DNA of 64,000 bases from Tubiluchus corallicola (GCA_030141605.1 JAQGDQ010000022.1:248001-312000); one strand, 5' to 3'; positions 25,101 through 38,185 are shown, counted from the first letter of the stretch. The notes: generated from the letters alone by a model not told the origin. Program-made: numbers and translations.

Positions 25101-28100
25101 TTTTCTGACATTTTATGTAAAAAAACTGCAATTTTATTGATAATTTCACATTTTATAATTTAATCTTTTTTACTATCAACAAGCGCTCAATGGCCAGTCC
25201 TGAAAAGTGGTGTTAAATTTTATGATTTGTAATAAGCTAAATTGAGAAATAAATATCTAAGTATAGCTATGTAGGTATGTTAATATTAGCACAATAGCCA
25301 TAAAAATATTTTCAAAGTTTTAATTCCACATTTTACATAGACCCGAACCAAGATATTACCTACCTGATCCCAGCACTAAACGACTTAATTTGTAAATTAA
25401 TATGCGAGGTATAGCGTTCTGATGACCCGTAATTTAACCCATATATAAACTTCTGACAGTGTTATAAGAAAGGCTGTAGACTTTTACTGTCACAAAGATT
25501 TAGCTTGTAAGCTTACGATCAATCTATTTGCATTCTGGTGCTCAAACTGCAAAAACATGCGGACATGTTGTAAATGTTATGGAACCGCTCGATTCTCATA
25601 TTAGGTTGTTACAAGGTGATCTCTCATTAAAATGCTAACTTCGTATGATAGTTAAGATATGATATATGTTATGCGCCGTTTTAACCTCGGTGATTTTCGA
25701 ATGTAGGCGAAATGTTTATCGATATTTCGCCTTTGATAAATCTTACCGTGTAAATCTGTAGATCAAAATTATAGCTAAAATTATTACGTTTTGTTTATAT
25801 CTCTATTACTATAAATGGAATTTACTTTAATATTTGTGTCTTACAGTTCACGAAAACAATTTGACTGCTTTATTTCAAAGACAGAATCTATAGTGTTTCC
25901 TTTTTGAAAAAATGAGTTAAAAATTGACAAATTAGCTTTTAGCTTTGACAGTGAAGTTCTGTGATGCAAAACAGCTGGATTATTTGAAAAAATTAAATTG
26001 CTTGTGTTATATGGCTTTGTATAATATGAGGGGATTGTGTGTATAAAGGCAGACTTCTTACGATATGAGAGCATTCCAGTTTAATGTAAGATTTAAAAAA
26101 TTATAAAGTTTCAATTTTTCTGTATTTTTTTTCTGTAAACTGCAAAGACACGCTACATAAAGGTAGACAGGAGTTCTGCTAGACACTCATATTACTACCA
26201 GTAAATGGTTATTTTGCCCTTTACTGATGTTGTAGTTTTGTTATTGTAGCAAATCTGTCGAATCTAAAGTGCCAAAGTCGGGGCAACTTACTAGTTATAC
26301 TAGGCTTTGAATTTGCAATGCAACATTCAACTACCGGACCTGTTTAATGTACACAGTTATGGTGGGACCAGAATCTAGCTCATTATCAGGGTTAAGCCTC
26401 TAATATGAGACGCTGAACCAACAGATGTGTCGCAGTCACATTTGGATACGTGCGCATCCTCACTGAACAAATGATAGTATCAGTTTATCAAATTACTTTA
26501 ATCCGTGTAGAGCGGAATAATCACGTGTTTCCTATAAACAAAAATACGTTATTAACCTACTTCTAATGCGAAATACGAAAACAAAGAGACCAAAGTTGAA
26601 CGCAATATAAGAACCTGACAGCACTTACGCTATTCATGGTCAAACGATTATAGTAATTATATGTGTCTTAAAACATATAAGAAGGACATTATTGTTGTGC
26701 TCTATGAACTTGCCTAATTTTTGGTGATTATCTTGTGAACTTGATCATCAGGGCAATTATTCTGTTTTACAAGTTCAATGATTAAGCATAGCACTGCTAA
26801 AAAACAAGTACAATTATGCTGTCAAAATCGCCTCAAAATTAATTTGAGTTTGAAAATTCGGAATATTCGGGGGATTATTCAGTTTGATTTTTATAATTAT
26901 CTATTTTCGTATTATGTTATTTCGCAAGCCTGGCAATGAAATAAGAGGTTATACTAAGGTTTCTTAATAATTATATGTATAATCAGCATCAGAAAGCGAC
27001 ACGCCAACTGACTTTTGAATGATTCAAATTTTTCTCGGTTTTCTGATTCGGTAATTGTAATTAAGGGTGTGTGTACGCGCTTCTCTGTGTGCATAGCTAA
27101 TAGTTAAGTTCCCATTTTACAACTAAGGCGAATTAGTATAATCACCATTCACCGGGCGTGGAGAAAAAAAACATGGTTTAGCGCAATAACTTTAGATCAT
27201 TAATTTCTCAAGTTGAAAAGGTCAACTGAAGTACTTTACCGCTTGTCAGAGAGCGGCTTTAATGTCATTAGTAATTCTATCAATCAACCAATAATCCACT
27301 CTAGCGCAATATTATGTCAGGTAAACTAATCCTTCTCAGATAAAATATGGTTTTAGTGACACAACTGGACAAAGGCAAACTAGGTGATTGTTAATTTCGG
27401 TACAAAAAATGGAAATCGACTGGGTGACACAAAAAAGTCAGGCAAACGACTGAAACAAAGGTTAGGCCTTTTTTTGGCGACTAAAAAAGTTCAGCTAAGT
27501 AATCTTTTAAGCTAGAATAATTATTTTGACTACTGTAATATGTTTTTTACTTTAACTGATAAGCTATGTGTTGTACAGTAGTACTATCAGGAAAGACCTT
27601 TTGTGCGCTGCGCAGGTAAATGCCTATTTCTTCGTGGTACCCATGATTAATTAAGCAGGAAGACCCTGCTTGATCCATTATAATTTTTTTCAAATTTGCG
27701 TTTACAGTAGCGTCCTCAGTGCAAGCTACTAGCAGAATTAACGTGCTTAGTGACCAAAGTTAAGCTTGGGCAGACCTGAGTAGTAACTGAATGAGTGAGT
27801 GTACAATTTTTGTACAGTTTCACCCTGCCTCTACTTAGCTTAGATGAGTGAGGTTTTTTGCATCTAAATTGATTAAAACACCTCTGCGCATTATTAATCA
27901 GAGAAAATAACTAAAAGAAGTATGGTAAATAAAACGTTCAGATGCAATGTCTTAACAGTCACCAATCTATTTACTAACCAGACCTTGCATTGCTTAATTT
28001 TGCTCGTCAAACACATAACGGTCTGCTAATCCTGTCTCTCAGCTATTCCCCCACATGAGTTGCATTTAATTACGTAACACCCTCGCTTTTGTTCACCACT

Positions 28101-31082
28101 GTGAACCTATGACGTTTTTCGACTAAAAATTTTAAGTAAGACTTTAATGAGTGTGAGTTAAATTTGCCAGCCACATAAATTCGCCCAGTATGATATATGA
28201 TACATTGGCCTGCACGTGAGATGTCATATTTTGAATCTATAACTTTTAAATCAATCTAGTTAACTTAAAATTTATAACTTATTTGCGTAAATATTTATAT
28301 GAAAACAAATAAAGGAAATAGTTTAATAATGGAGTTATTGGTGCCATAATTTTAGCGCATGATTCGTTGTTCCATCATTTTGTGTACTTTTCTGAATTCG
28401 CTCGGTCCTCGTATCGAGAGCAAAAAGAAAACCGTGGGAAAACGCGGTATATAACAACTGCTCTTTATATGGGAATTATAAAGTTTATAGGAATGCTTGA
28501 TTTTGGGTAACAACCTTGAAATTTTGATGCAAATTTCTTCATGCATGAAGATTTTTAAGAGATATTACAATAAAGTTATGACAGTAACCCAGAATCGCTG
28601 CTTGATCTATTAAATATGAATGAACATTTATATCCAATTACATGTCCAAAATTATAAGATGAATTTCGTATTTTTCTTGGGTGGCTGTTTCTGGTGCAAA
28701 AAACGTGCGCTAAAGTTGCTCCGGTTAATTATGATAAGCTATGTAATGGGGCGTAGAGAATACCAGCATTTGTTTAATTCGTTCGTTCGTCGTGATAAAT
28801 AATATGAAAATCCAAAATTAAAGACGAAATTTATGAAATTCTTTTAAACTAAAAGTTATGTTGGATTTTGTCTTTTACTGTCTTTTGCCTTTCAATCACT
28901 CATTAATTTTAAAGTCTGCTGCAAATTCCATATCTCTGATTCGCAGAGTACTGCATTTTCTAACATTAAATAGTTGCTGTAACTTATTTGTAGTTTGGTT
29001 TCCCTCTCTTAGTTGTTGAGTAGTTAGATTGATCAACTCGTTGGTTTAATTAATTTATCACCGTACTTAAGTAGTACTATTAATTAAGTAGCATTGTTAC
29101 TCAGACTTACTCAAATGAGTACTCGCAGTGAATAGTCCAATTATTCAAATTATGTAGTTTATTAATTAGCTCCAAGTTAGTTTTGAGTAATTTAGGTACA
29201 ATCACGAAGTTATGTAGGACTCAGCTTGAGTAGTTCTGCCGCTCAAACGGATTTAAATGAAACTCGTTATGTGATAATTTGGTTACTCAAATTTGAGTTG
29301 TCCATTTCACACAAAATTAATTGTGCTAAGATTGAGTAATCTAGTTTGCCTGAGACTGAATAGTAACTGATTGGTTAGTCGCTCTCAGTAGCAGCTCAAA
29401 TTGGAGAAATTTCCAGCGTTTTATTATTCATTACATAGAATACATGGTTAGCAATTTATTTCCCTACACTAAACTCTAGTCAATTGCTAACTTGGGATAA
29501 TAACATGTTATTATTTAGTACTGGTTATACTTCCTCATATAGAGACGTGGTCATTACAATAATAATGAAGTATAAATAATAGTGTAGTCCTGCACAATAA
29601 TCTGTAGTCAGCACTGTTTTTACAGATTTTGGCCAATTCGTTATTTTGTACTAATTACAGTAATTAGAGCTCACTCCATGAAAGAATAATGTTTATTAAT
29701 GCTACTAATTTACCCTCACTGCTTATCCTCATTATCAAGAGCATTTGCGGCTATAGAAGAATCCATTTTTGTTTTACTTATTCTGATAACCGGTGTATTC
29801 AACAAGTGCCAACCTCTTGGAATGAGGGCTTGTATGTCGTGTGGGAATTGTAGTGTGGCGAGATTGAAATCTAGCTCATTGTCAACGAATAGTCCTGTGG
29901 AGACACTGCACTGGCAGAACCTTCTTAGCAACGTTCGGCTGCAACTAATATTGAACAATTATAAACGATTCCATTGAGTTAAGTAGTGCAAATTTTGATG
30001 CGTCAGAAACGTGATAATTTGCCACCGTTTTACAATAATGAGCCTGCAACTATAATTGTGTCTTGTGTGCCCGCATATTTTATAAAATTTAATAAAATGT
30101 AACGTGCCTTTATTTGTTACAAGATCCATTTGATTCAGGAGGTCACAGCTACAATTACCTTCAAATAGATGCTAATAGAGATTTATTACTAGGGAATCAC
30201 TAAATTGCCAAATTATCGAATGTATGACACGTACTGTTAAATCCAGTGGTTTAGTCGTTGTTAATGATTATTTAGTTTAAGCGATGTAATCTGTAACCAA
30301 AACAACCAATAATTGCACTTTAAGTGTGTAAAATTAATGCTGTAATAGACGTAATGATCTAATAACGCAGCTGACGTTTCCAATGGAATATGTTTTCAAC
30401 GAAAACATGGAATAAAGCACAACTTTTTTTTCTCTTTGTGCAATAGTGATACACTAAAACGTTTCCTCCGACCATGTGTGAATGTTACACTTCAGAATTG
30501 TACCCGGGAATCTATACAATGGGGAAAAATGTGTAGTAACCATAATCTACGAAAAAGCAAACATCAAATTAAATTATCCAATCACGCATGCAGATTTAAT
30601 AAAGCATTTATTATCCTACGAAATAACATTGAAAAACGTAAAACTTGTTATTGCTGAAACCCACATATGCACGAAAGATGCTTTTTAATATAGTATTAGT
30701 ATTATGAGCGTGTCATATTGCGCATAGTGCGTTTTCAAAACTAACAGCATCTGCGTCTGTGGCGTAATCGTTATGCTTGGTCATGATTAATCATACGGGT
30801 AATTAAAACAAATTTGTGTTTAGAATATTAATGTGTGTAGCTAGCGTTTGGGTATTTGTAAAAGTATAACTTCTCAGCTAGAAGTACCCCCTGGCAGTTC
30901 TTATCTACAATCATTTCTAAGTGTCTCACAAATACTAATACTTCATGATTCTAAACCTAATTTATTTCACGAGATAACGCAATTTTTGGCGCATCGTTTT
31001 TGATGCATATCATTAGGAGAATTTCGTTAATTTGCTCTGTGCGTTTTATTCTAACCCACTTCTGTCTGCCCTTGTTATTTAG

Positions 31083-31211
31083 TGATGGTAGTGAAGAATT
31101 ACAATGGATTCCGCCGCCCCAACTGTGGAAGCAGGATGACACGACGTTTGCTCGATTGCCATATGGATGGGAGCCTGCCACAGACATGACAGGAAGACCT
31201 TATTATATCAG
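31083..31211 (+). CDS. FRMPD4: FRMPD exon 2 (second half of WW1 + first half of WW2)
   Basis: ttatttAG acceptor, AG|GTAGGA donor, 129 bp phase 2-2; DGSEELQWIPPP...LPYGWEPATDMTGRPYYI(S). Confidence 0.92.
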
Positions 31212-32891
31212 GTAGGATCTAACACGGCGCTGCAGGTAAGCGATTTACCTGACGCAGCAGTGCGCGCGGACAAGGACGCGACTGTTGCCGTTATTGTTGC
31301 GGCACAATTGTCGGTTTTTTAACTAGACCTTGTTTCCTTTTAAGTAGATTCTGGGTGCCGCAATACTTGGTTAAACCGCAAAGTCATTAAAGGATAATCT
31401 CATCACTTTAGTCAGTGATATTGCTTGTCAGCGATCTCCTTCACTGTGGCTATCGTAGGCCTAAAACCGCTCACGAAATCCGACATCTTGCCTACGCCCA
31501 CGTCACTGTCAATTCCAAATCCTATAGCTACAGTTGTGAGTTATAGCATTAAAAGTGATCAATATTAAAAATTATTTTGATTTATTCTGGAGATCAGAAC
31601 AGTTTGTGGAGGGCAAAGCTTCGTGCTTGTGCTTGGTGCTGGAATACTTAACTTTCTTTAACACACTTCACTTTCAACTTTACTGGATTTATTCTTACTT
31701 CAAAATATACCACCTGCCCCTACAATTTACTATTACTACATAGAAACTGGATTTACTATTACTACACAGAAACTGGCATGCCGGTTGTTAACTAGATTTG
31801 GATTTGCCACAACGGTTTCGATCAGAAAATGCAGTATATTAGAAATTACATGTAATCATTATATAAATCGTTATCTACTATATCTATTACTTTGTTGTTT
31901 TAATGCACACTATTCAAGTTCATCTATAATGACAAGTGATTTAGCAATAACACCAACAAAGCGCATACAGAATGCATGATTAAACCAGTGAACATTTCAA
32001 TGTCAAAACGTGCACTTAATGATAGGACAATGGATAACCTACGCGAAGTGTTAGTTGTGTACATTTGAGCTTATTCAGAAAACAGCTGAAAACTAGAACA
32101 AACTATGAATTCGTGTTTAATACCAAATTCGTTTTCTTTGCAATTCTCACACTTGGGGCGTTAAATGTATCTCTAGGTTAACGCATTAAGTAAATACCAG
32201 CCTTTGTGTGCAGACTGATTCATTGATGGTTGATGGTTTAAATCGACAAAATTTGAAGGCGTTGTTGTTACAACCACAAAACGAATGAATAATAACGGGA
32301 AAAAGATTGAAATAATTGACTTGCCATTTATATTCTGCTTGCAAAAAATTGCAAGTTAATTTCCATTTTGTTTGTAGATCACTATAGATCGTTTGTTGCC
32401 CATCACTACAAAATAGTTTAATTAAAATTCGTGTTAAGCAGATGGCTGGAGAGATTTATTTTGTTTCAATTACACGCGTATTAGAGGTTGAGTTACGTTC
32501 AGTGACTTTTAGTAACTTCCCTTGCAACTAAAGTTACTACTTTTTGCACAGAGTTGCTCGTGTTGAGCATCAAATTAGTCATTTTACACCTAGGCTACTC
32601 AGTTTCATCACTATGCTACTCAGTTTGAAAACTAATTACTACATTCGAAAACGAGAAAATGGTTTTACTAAAATGTTCAGAAGATAACAAAATTAAATCA
32701 ATTCGGTTTAATTCAAAGTTTTGACGTCTATCACAGATGTAAAGTGGACATGCCAAAAATGTAAAAGTGTAGAAACTTTTCTACTCCCCTGGCTCACAAT
32801 GATAAAGTATTTAAAGCAGCTTTGCTCGGAAGTCTCTTTGTTTCTTCGCGTGCATATGCCTCATTAATTTAATCAAATTCATACAATTTAG

Positions 32892-33058
32892 CCATTTGGA
32901 GAAGACAACTACATACGAAGACCCGAGAACTGACGGCAAAGACCAGCACGCCAGAGATCCTCAACCGCGACAAGTTACCCTCCATAAAGATCCAGACGCC
33001 GGATTCGGATTTGTGGCCGGAAGTGAGAAACCGGTAATTGTCCGGTGCGTGTCCGAAG
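32892..33058 (+). CDS. FRMPD4: FRMPD exon 3 (end of WW2, start of PDZ)
   Basis: HLEKTTTYEDPR...PRQVTLHKDPDAGFGFVAGSEKPVIVRCVSE; GTACGT donor. Confidence 0.95.
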
Positions 33059-33164
33059 GTACGTTCGTTATGATACCCCATGATACTAAATGTCTGACGA
33101 TTTGCACGTTTTCAGAAAAGGAAATAAATAAAGAAACACTCGGCTTTGCTGCAATAACATGGAT

Positions 33165-33270
33165 TAGCCGAGTGATCACGATCTCTACTTGGCTGAAGTT
33201 AAGCAACGCCGGAGCTGGTCAGTAAGTGAGTGACTGACCACCAGGAAAGCTAGTTCTGGGCAGTTTCATC
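33165..33270 (+). mobile_element. 5S rRNA-derived SINE-like element or 5S pseudogene fragment (intronic)
   Basis: cgatctc..gaagttaagcaacgccggagctggtcagta...gaccaccaggaaa aligns by eye with the 5S rRNA internal control region (GAAGCTAAGCAGGGTCGGGCCTGGTTAGTA..GACCGCCTGGGAA). Confidence 0.6.
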
Positions 33271-34035
33271 CGCCATTATGCCACCTACTATTCTTCCTTA
33301 CTAAGGAAGGGTCTAAATGCACCATGCTTCCAGCTATGGCTTATATACCTCTACTAGACCAGTGACTCAAATTTTAGGGGGTAATACTTGATAATGAGTT
33401 AAATTACTTAGATTATTTTGCCTACCAGATGTAATATGAAAGTATATATTAATCTAGACCCAGGGACCTACGATTTTGTGTTTGTGGTCTTCATTTAAAC
33501 ACCGGTTTGCTCGTAGATTATTTGCATTTCTTTGACAACTTTTTACCTGTTAATTTGTGTTTTTCTTGGATCTCACATTTTGCTAAAACTCAATTTCACA
33601 ATTCTGAAGATCTGATGGTCCTATAGTGGTCTTAAAATTGTGGTGATTATTTTCAAGAGTCAACCCTCGAAAACTTTTAGATTCCTCCTGCATGTTCTTT
33701 TAGATTAATAGTAAATTTCCAGTACGAAGAGAAATCTTAGTTTCGAGTATGTAGTTTTTTAACAAGTCACTAGTCAAACCCTTATCCATAGCAAGCTGTA
33801 AACTATGCTGATCTGAAGAGAAAGCTACATAAGTTTTTTTAAATACATAATGCAATCTGCGCTCCTATTTTGTAACCTAGATAACGCCACTTCAACGAAA
33901 CAAGACTAAGAAGAAAAGAGAAAGAAATGTGTTCACAACTGAAGCTAAATTCTACGATATGAATAAAAGCATACTTTCATTAACTGCACATAAAACTTTT
34001 TTCACAACAATAGTGTCTCATTTCTGTGGTTTCAG

Positions 34036-34181
34036 GTGGTCCCAGCGTTGGCAAACTATTGCCCGAAGATCAAATTCTACGAATCAATGACGTCAGCGTA
34101 AAAGATGTACCTAGGGAACAAGTCATCAACATGGTATTATCATCAGGGCAAACTCTAAATCTTACCGTATGTCAACCAAGT
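34036..34181 (+). CDS. FRMPD4: FRMPD exon 4 (PDZ)
   Basis: GGPSVGKLLPEDQILRINDVSVKDVPREQVINMV...LTVCQPS; GTATGT donor. Confidence 0.93.
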
Positions 34182-34682
34182 GTATGTATAGTTACATTAT
34201 GTTCCTCTGTGTTATTACTAGTAGTCGTTGCATCAGTTTTTGTAAATAACTGTCGTATTCTTGTATGCACCATTATATATATATATATATATGTTATCAG
34301 TAAGCGACCAAATTAAATTAATGATAATATTGCAAATAAACTTTATGTACGTTCTTCTACCTTCTGCACAATTTCAGCAGCAGCACAAATCAAATATACA
34401 AATAATGCATTTTTTTACAAAGACATTATTTTTTTGCATTAAATGCTCAACGATGCTGCATACTGTCAACTGTGTGACAAAAAGATTTTTATAATAGTGT
34501 GTTGCCTTCATTACGTCATATAATATTGTGTTTGTGTTATCAAGAGAGTTATGTATACAAATGTGCGGAAAAGAGATTTTTATAATTGTGAGTTCTCATT
34601 ATTACATCACATAATATTGTGTTGGCGTGACCAAGGCTTGACTTGTTAGTGATTTCATAAATTTATGTTATGTTTTTGTTAG

Positions 34683-34802
34683 TTGGCAGATAAGTCGAAT
34701 TTATTAACTGCAGCCAAAAGATGGAAGAAGACGAGTGATCCTTCCCGATCAGTTCGATTTGCTGGTGTTGTTGCTGTGAACGGGTCACCTCTTATACATG
34801 AT
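34683..34802 (+). CDS. FRMPD4: FRMPD exon 5 (PDZ-FERM linker)
   Basis: KSNLLTAAKRWKK...VRFAGVVAVNG; GTAAGT donor; 120 bp. Confidence 0.92.
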
Positions 34803-35120
34803 GTAAGTACAGCTATCATCAAGTCGTCTTTTGTAATACGTACGAATTCAATTGTTAGCTGTTAATACCTTGATTTTAGTGCAGTTATTAATTGGCCTCC
34901 TTTGTTAATCAAGTAATTAATTGGTCAGAAAAAATATGAGAATATTTATCAAGGAGTTGCACTTATACCTGATACAAAAACTATAATTGGTGAGAAACAC
35001 TTACACATAATGTTAAGTACACTTATCGATTGGTTAATCTTTATGATAAGTTCAGTACACTTAACAGTGGGTTATAGCCTGTTTTCCTGCACGTATTTTA
35101 CTAGGTTCTCTGTTTTTCAG

Positions 35121-35228
35121 CCTTCTGATTACGACAGTTGTATTCCTTTCATGCCGAACGTCTTGAAAGTTTTTCTGGAAAACGGCCAGACGAAATCTTT
35201 CAAATATGACAAACGGACAACCGTACAG
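35121..35228 (+). CDS. FRMPD4: FRMPD exon 6 (FERM F1 start)
   Basis: IPFMPNVLKVFLENGQTKSFKYD; CAG|GTGAGA donor. Confidence 0.95.
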
Positions 35229-35352
35229 GTGAGAAGCAAGACCGGCCACATTATCATTGCTAATTGTAATCATGGTATTCTTATAGAAAAGGCTAGGCTT
35301 TTGTTTTTTTTTTTCATTATGCAACACTAAAAGGCATATTTGGCATATTTAG

Positions 35353-35487
35353 AATGTTTTGGAATCTCTTCAAGAAAAGCTGTCCATCAAGTGCATGGAT
35401 TATTTCTCACTAGTCTTACAGCAAAAGCGCTTGTCTCATCAAAGAACTCGCAACACAATTCTGCCTCTAAACGAAACCTTGTGCGAC
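35353..35487 (+). CDS. FRMPD4: FRMPD exon 7 (FERM F1)
   Basis: NVLESLQEKLSIKCMDYFSLVLQQ...; GTAAGT donor; 135 bp. Confidence 0.93.
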
Positions 35488-36080
35488 GTAAGTTAGACTT
35501 TTGTTTTTCAGGCGATTTTTTTATTGATTCAGTGTGATTTTATTAAGTTTGATTGCCTAAATTATGCACCAATTAAGCGCATGTTTTTATTTTTGTAGTG
35601 ACGTGTATAATGATTGGACAAAGATGGTGACACACTTTTATGAGTAATTTTGGCCTAACTGCCAGCAAGAATCGTCGATTATATGTTGAACAGTTCCAAC
35701 TATTTTTTCTTTTGAATGCAATTTTTATGGTGCCCAATTTTCATTAAAGGAATTTTACGTTGTTAGTTCTAACAATTTATATTTGTGACCACTTAGCAAA
35801 AAAGTTATAAAAACCTCTCGAAAATCTATTAAGACTCATCTTATATGACAAAAATTGGATATTATGACATACTTACGATTTCGTTAGGCAAATAGAAGAT
35901 GTTGTTAAAAAGTACAAATGATTAGTATATTAATGACCATTAAATAAACGCACAAACTAAGCTTCCTTAACCTTAATTATTACTCAGCACAAAGCTTCAT
36001 AATTGTAAACTATTTAGACATACGTAATATAGAAATGTAATACTGATTTTTTTGTTAAGGATGAATTGTAATTTTTTTAG

Positions 36081-36200
36081 ATATCATCTAGACCTGGTGC
36101 TGAACACTTTAAAGTCTTATTACGAGTAACGTTTGTGCCAAAAGATGCTTACGATTTGCTCAACAATGATCCAGTTGCGTTTGAGTACTTCTACAAACAG
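36081..36200 (+). CDS. FRMPD4: FRMPD exon 8 (FERM F1/F2)
   Basis: ISSRPGAEHFKVLLRVTFVPKDAYDLLNNDPVAFEYFYKQ. Confidence 0.95.
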
Positions 36201-36291
36201 GTACTTTAACAAATATTTTCAAAATGGTTACATGTACTTTCATTTATTACATTTTAAATTTTCTACTAATGTTGCCTCAGCTACTATTTTT

Positions 36292-36660
36292 GATGATTGT
36301 GTTTGATAACTGTGATGATGATAAGGGCAACAATTACAATCGATGATGATGCCAATGATGCTGATGATCATGATGGCGATGACGATGAACATGATAACAA
36401 TGATAATGATATCAACAATGATGACAATACTAGTAATAACAATGACGATGATTCTGATGATGATGATAATAATGATCACGATGATTAGGACAGTGATGAT
36501 CGTGATGACGATAATGATGATGATGATGATGATGATAACAACGATGATGACGTTGATGATGATGATGATTACAGATGACAATGACGACGATGACAACAAT
36601 GGCAATGATGACGACGACGATGACAACGATGACGATGGTGAATATGATAGTCATGACGAC
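36292..36660. repeat. Degenerate (GAT/GAC/AAT)n trinucleotide tract in an FRMPD intron
   Basis: Visible triplet periodicity between exons 36081-36200 and 36771-36907. Confidence 0.95.
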
Positions 36661-36770
36661 AGGAGGAGCTGATCTGATTCCTTTTATCAATAATGTGAAA
36701 ATTTTATGCAGTAATTCTTATCGTGTTTAAGAAATCTTATTGTGTAACTTTGTGTTCACTGATTTCACAG

Positions 36771-36907
36771 TGCTGTGATGACGTAATTGGGGATGCCTTC
36801 TTCCCTCTTTTGCAACCACAAACTGCTATGAAGTTGGCTGCATTGCAAATCCAGGAAGAAGCCGCTTTATCCAACATCTCAGGAAGACCTTCTCTAAAAG
36901 AATTTGA
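36771..36907 (+). CDS. FRMPD4: FRMPD exon 9 (FERM F2)
   Basis: CCDDVIGDAFFPLLQPQTAMKLAALQIQ...; GTGAGT donor. Confidence 0.94.
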
Positions 36908-37266
36908 GTGAGTCCTAAGGGTAGCATATTTAATACATGTATATATGAAATGTTTTTTTCGTTTGTTATCATAAATCTTGATTTTGAAGATAAAAAGATT
37001 CATTTTCTTACAATTTAGCAAAAAATGCTAAAGCCTTTTCCTTATTATGTATGCTCCTCACAGATTTTTTGTCTTCCTTTACTGATGCATAAAGACACAT
37101 TTAGTAAAAACGTGTAAGCTGCTGACGAAGTTTCAAAGTGATGCAACTCTGTGAAAGAAAAAAGGATAAAGATCTCTTGTACACAAAAACTAACGTTATG
37201 AACAAAAAACAGAGTTAATGACTATTAGTGAACTGGGACTAGAAAATTAACTTTACATTTTTTCAG

Positions 37267-37486
37267 ACAAGAAAATGGTTTGCAGAAATACATTCCTAGC
37301 AGCTTTTTTCACACTTTAAAAAAGAAGGACATAAGAAAAGGGATCAATCATTATCTTAAGGTTAACCAGAACTTGGCTGTCCCTGGTCAGAAAAGCCTTA
37401 CCACACTACAAGCTAAATTGCACTATCTGAAAGTGTTGAGTGAGCTGCCATCTTTTGGCATGAAATACTACAATCTTGTTCAAAAG
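37267..37486 (+). CDS. FRMPD4: FRMPD exon 10 (FERM F2)
   Basis: ENGLQKYIPSS...NQNLAVPGQKSLTTLQAKLHYLKVLSELPSFG. Confidence 0.94.
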
Positions 37487-37740
37487 GTAAAAATTAGTTT
37501 CTCACTTGATAATTTAAATGCTAAAGCACAGAAGTTGCTAAGTGACATGCCTAATCAATCAAGTGTTCCATCTCAATAACAGTTTGGAAATTTGCCCATT
37601 TAAACTTGTAATGATCTATTGAATAATTGGAATAATTGAAATTATTCTTAAAACTGGATGCAGAGTTGTGATATAAGTCCAGGTACACAGTATGCAGTGT
37701 TGATACACTTTAATGTAGAACTAGCACTTTCCTTTTTCAG

Positions 37741-37818
37741 GACTTGCATACAGAGATGATTATATCACTAGGACGAAAATTTGGAATTTGTCAAGTGTCT
37801 CATGCTAAAAACTACGTG
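37741..37818 (+). CDS. FRMPD4: FRMPD exon 11 (FERM F3)
   Basis: ctttttcAG / GTAAGA, 78 bp, DLHTEMIISLGRKFGICQVSHAKNYV. Confidence 0.88.
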
Positions 37819-38083
37819 GTAAGATGAAGTAATTTACTCTCAGTTTTAAATGCTGAACAGGTCAATTTTATGTAAACACTATACTTCAAAATTGTTTATA
37901 AGATCTTGTTCTAATAAAATGACAATTAACTCATCAAAAAAAGCTTCAAAAGTTTTCTCATTTAAAAAGTGTTTGTTATTTAAAGTCTTACAGCAAAATA
38001 CAATAAACAGATGAGCATTCCTGTCCAAAAAGGTCAAAATTGTTAGGCTGACTAAATATATGATTACGTCACTTTCTTTGCAG

Positions 38084-38185
38084 CCAACTGTGATGATACA
38101 TTATGAGCACATGGCAGCAGTATCATTTTACAAACATGGCGAGTTCATTCATTGTGTGGAAATACGTTGCCATGATGCATCAAAG
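38084..38185 (+). CDS. FRMPD4: FRMPD exon 12 (FERM F3)
   Basis: tctttgcAG / AG|GTAAGC, 102 bp open frame. Confidence 0.88.

Noticed and set aside
29699-29977. Overlapping ORFs on both strands, one with a WW-like IPRGW word
   Set aside because: The rest of the WW motif (G-R-x-aromatic pair, second Trp/Pro) is missing, it is antisense to FRMPD, and no convincing splice partners were found.
33165-33270. Functional 5S rRNA gene
   Set aside because: Only the 3' portion resembles 5S, with many substitutions and no intact 5' end or terminal helix; treated as SINE-like or pseudogene.
36240-36690. Poly-Asp, poly-Met and poly-Ile ORFs (could suggest an acidic biomineralisation peptide)
   Set aside because: All frames of an intronic (GAT)n tract between two continuous FERM exons; no usable splice sites and stops interrupt the Asp frame.
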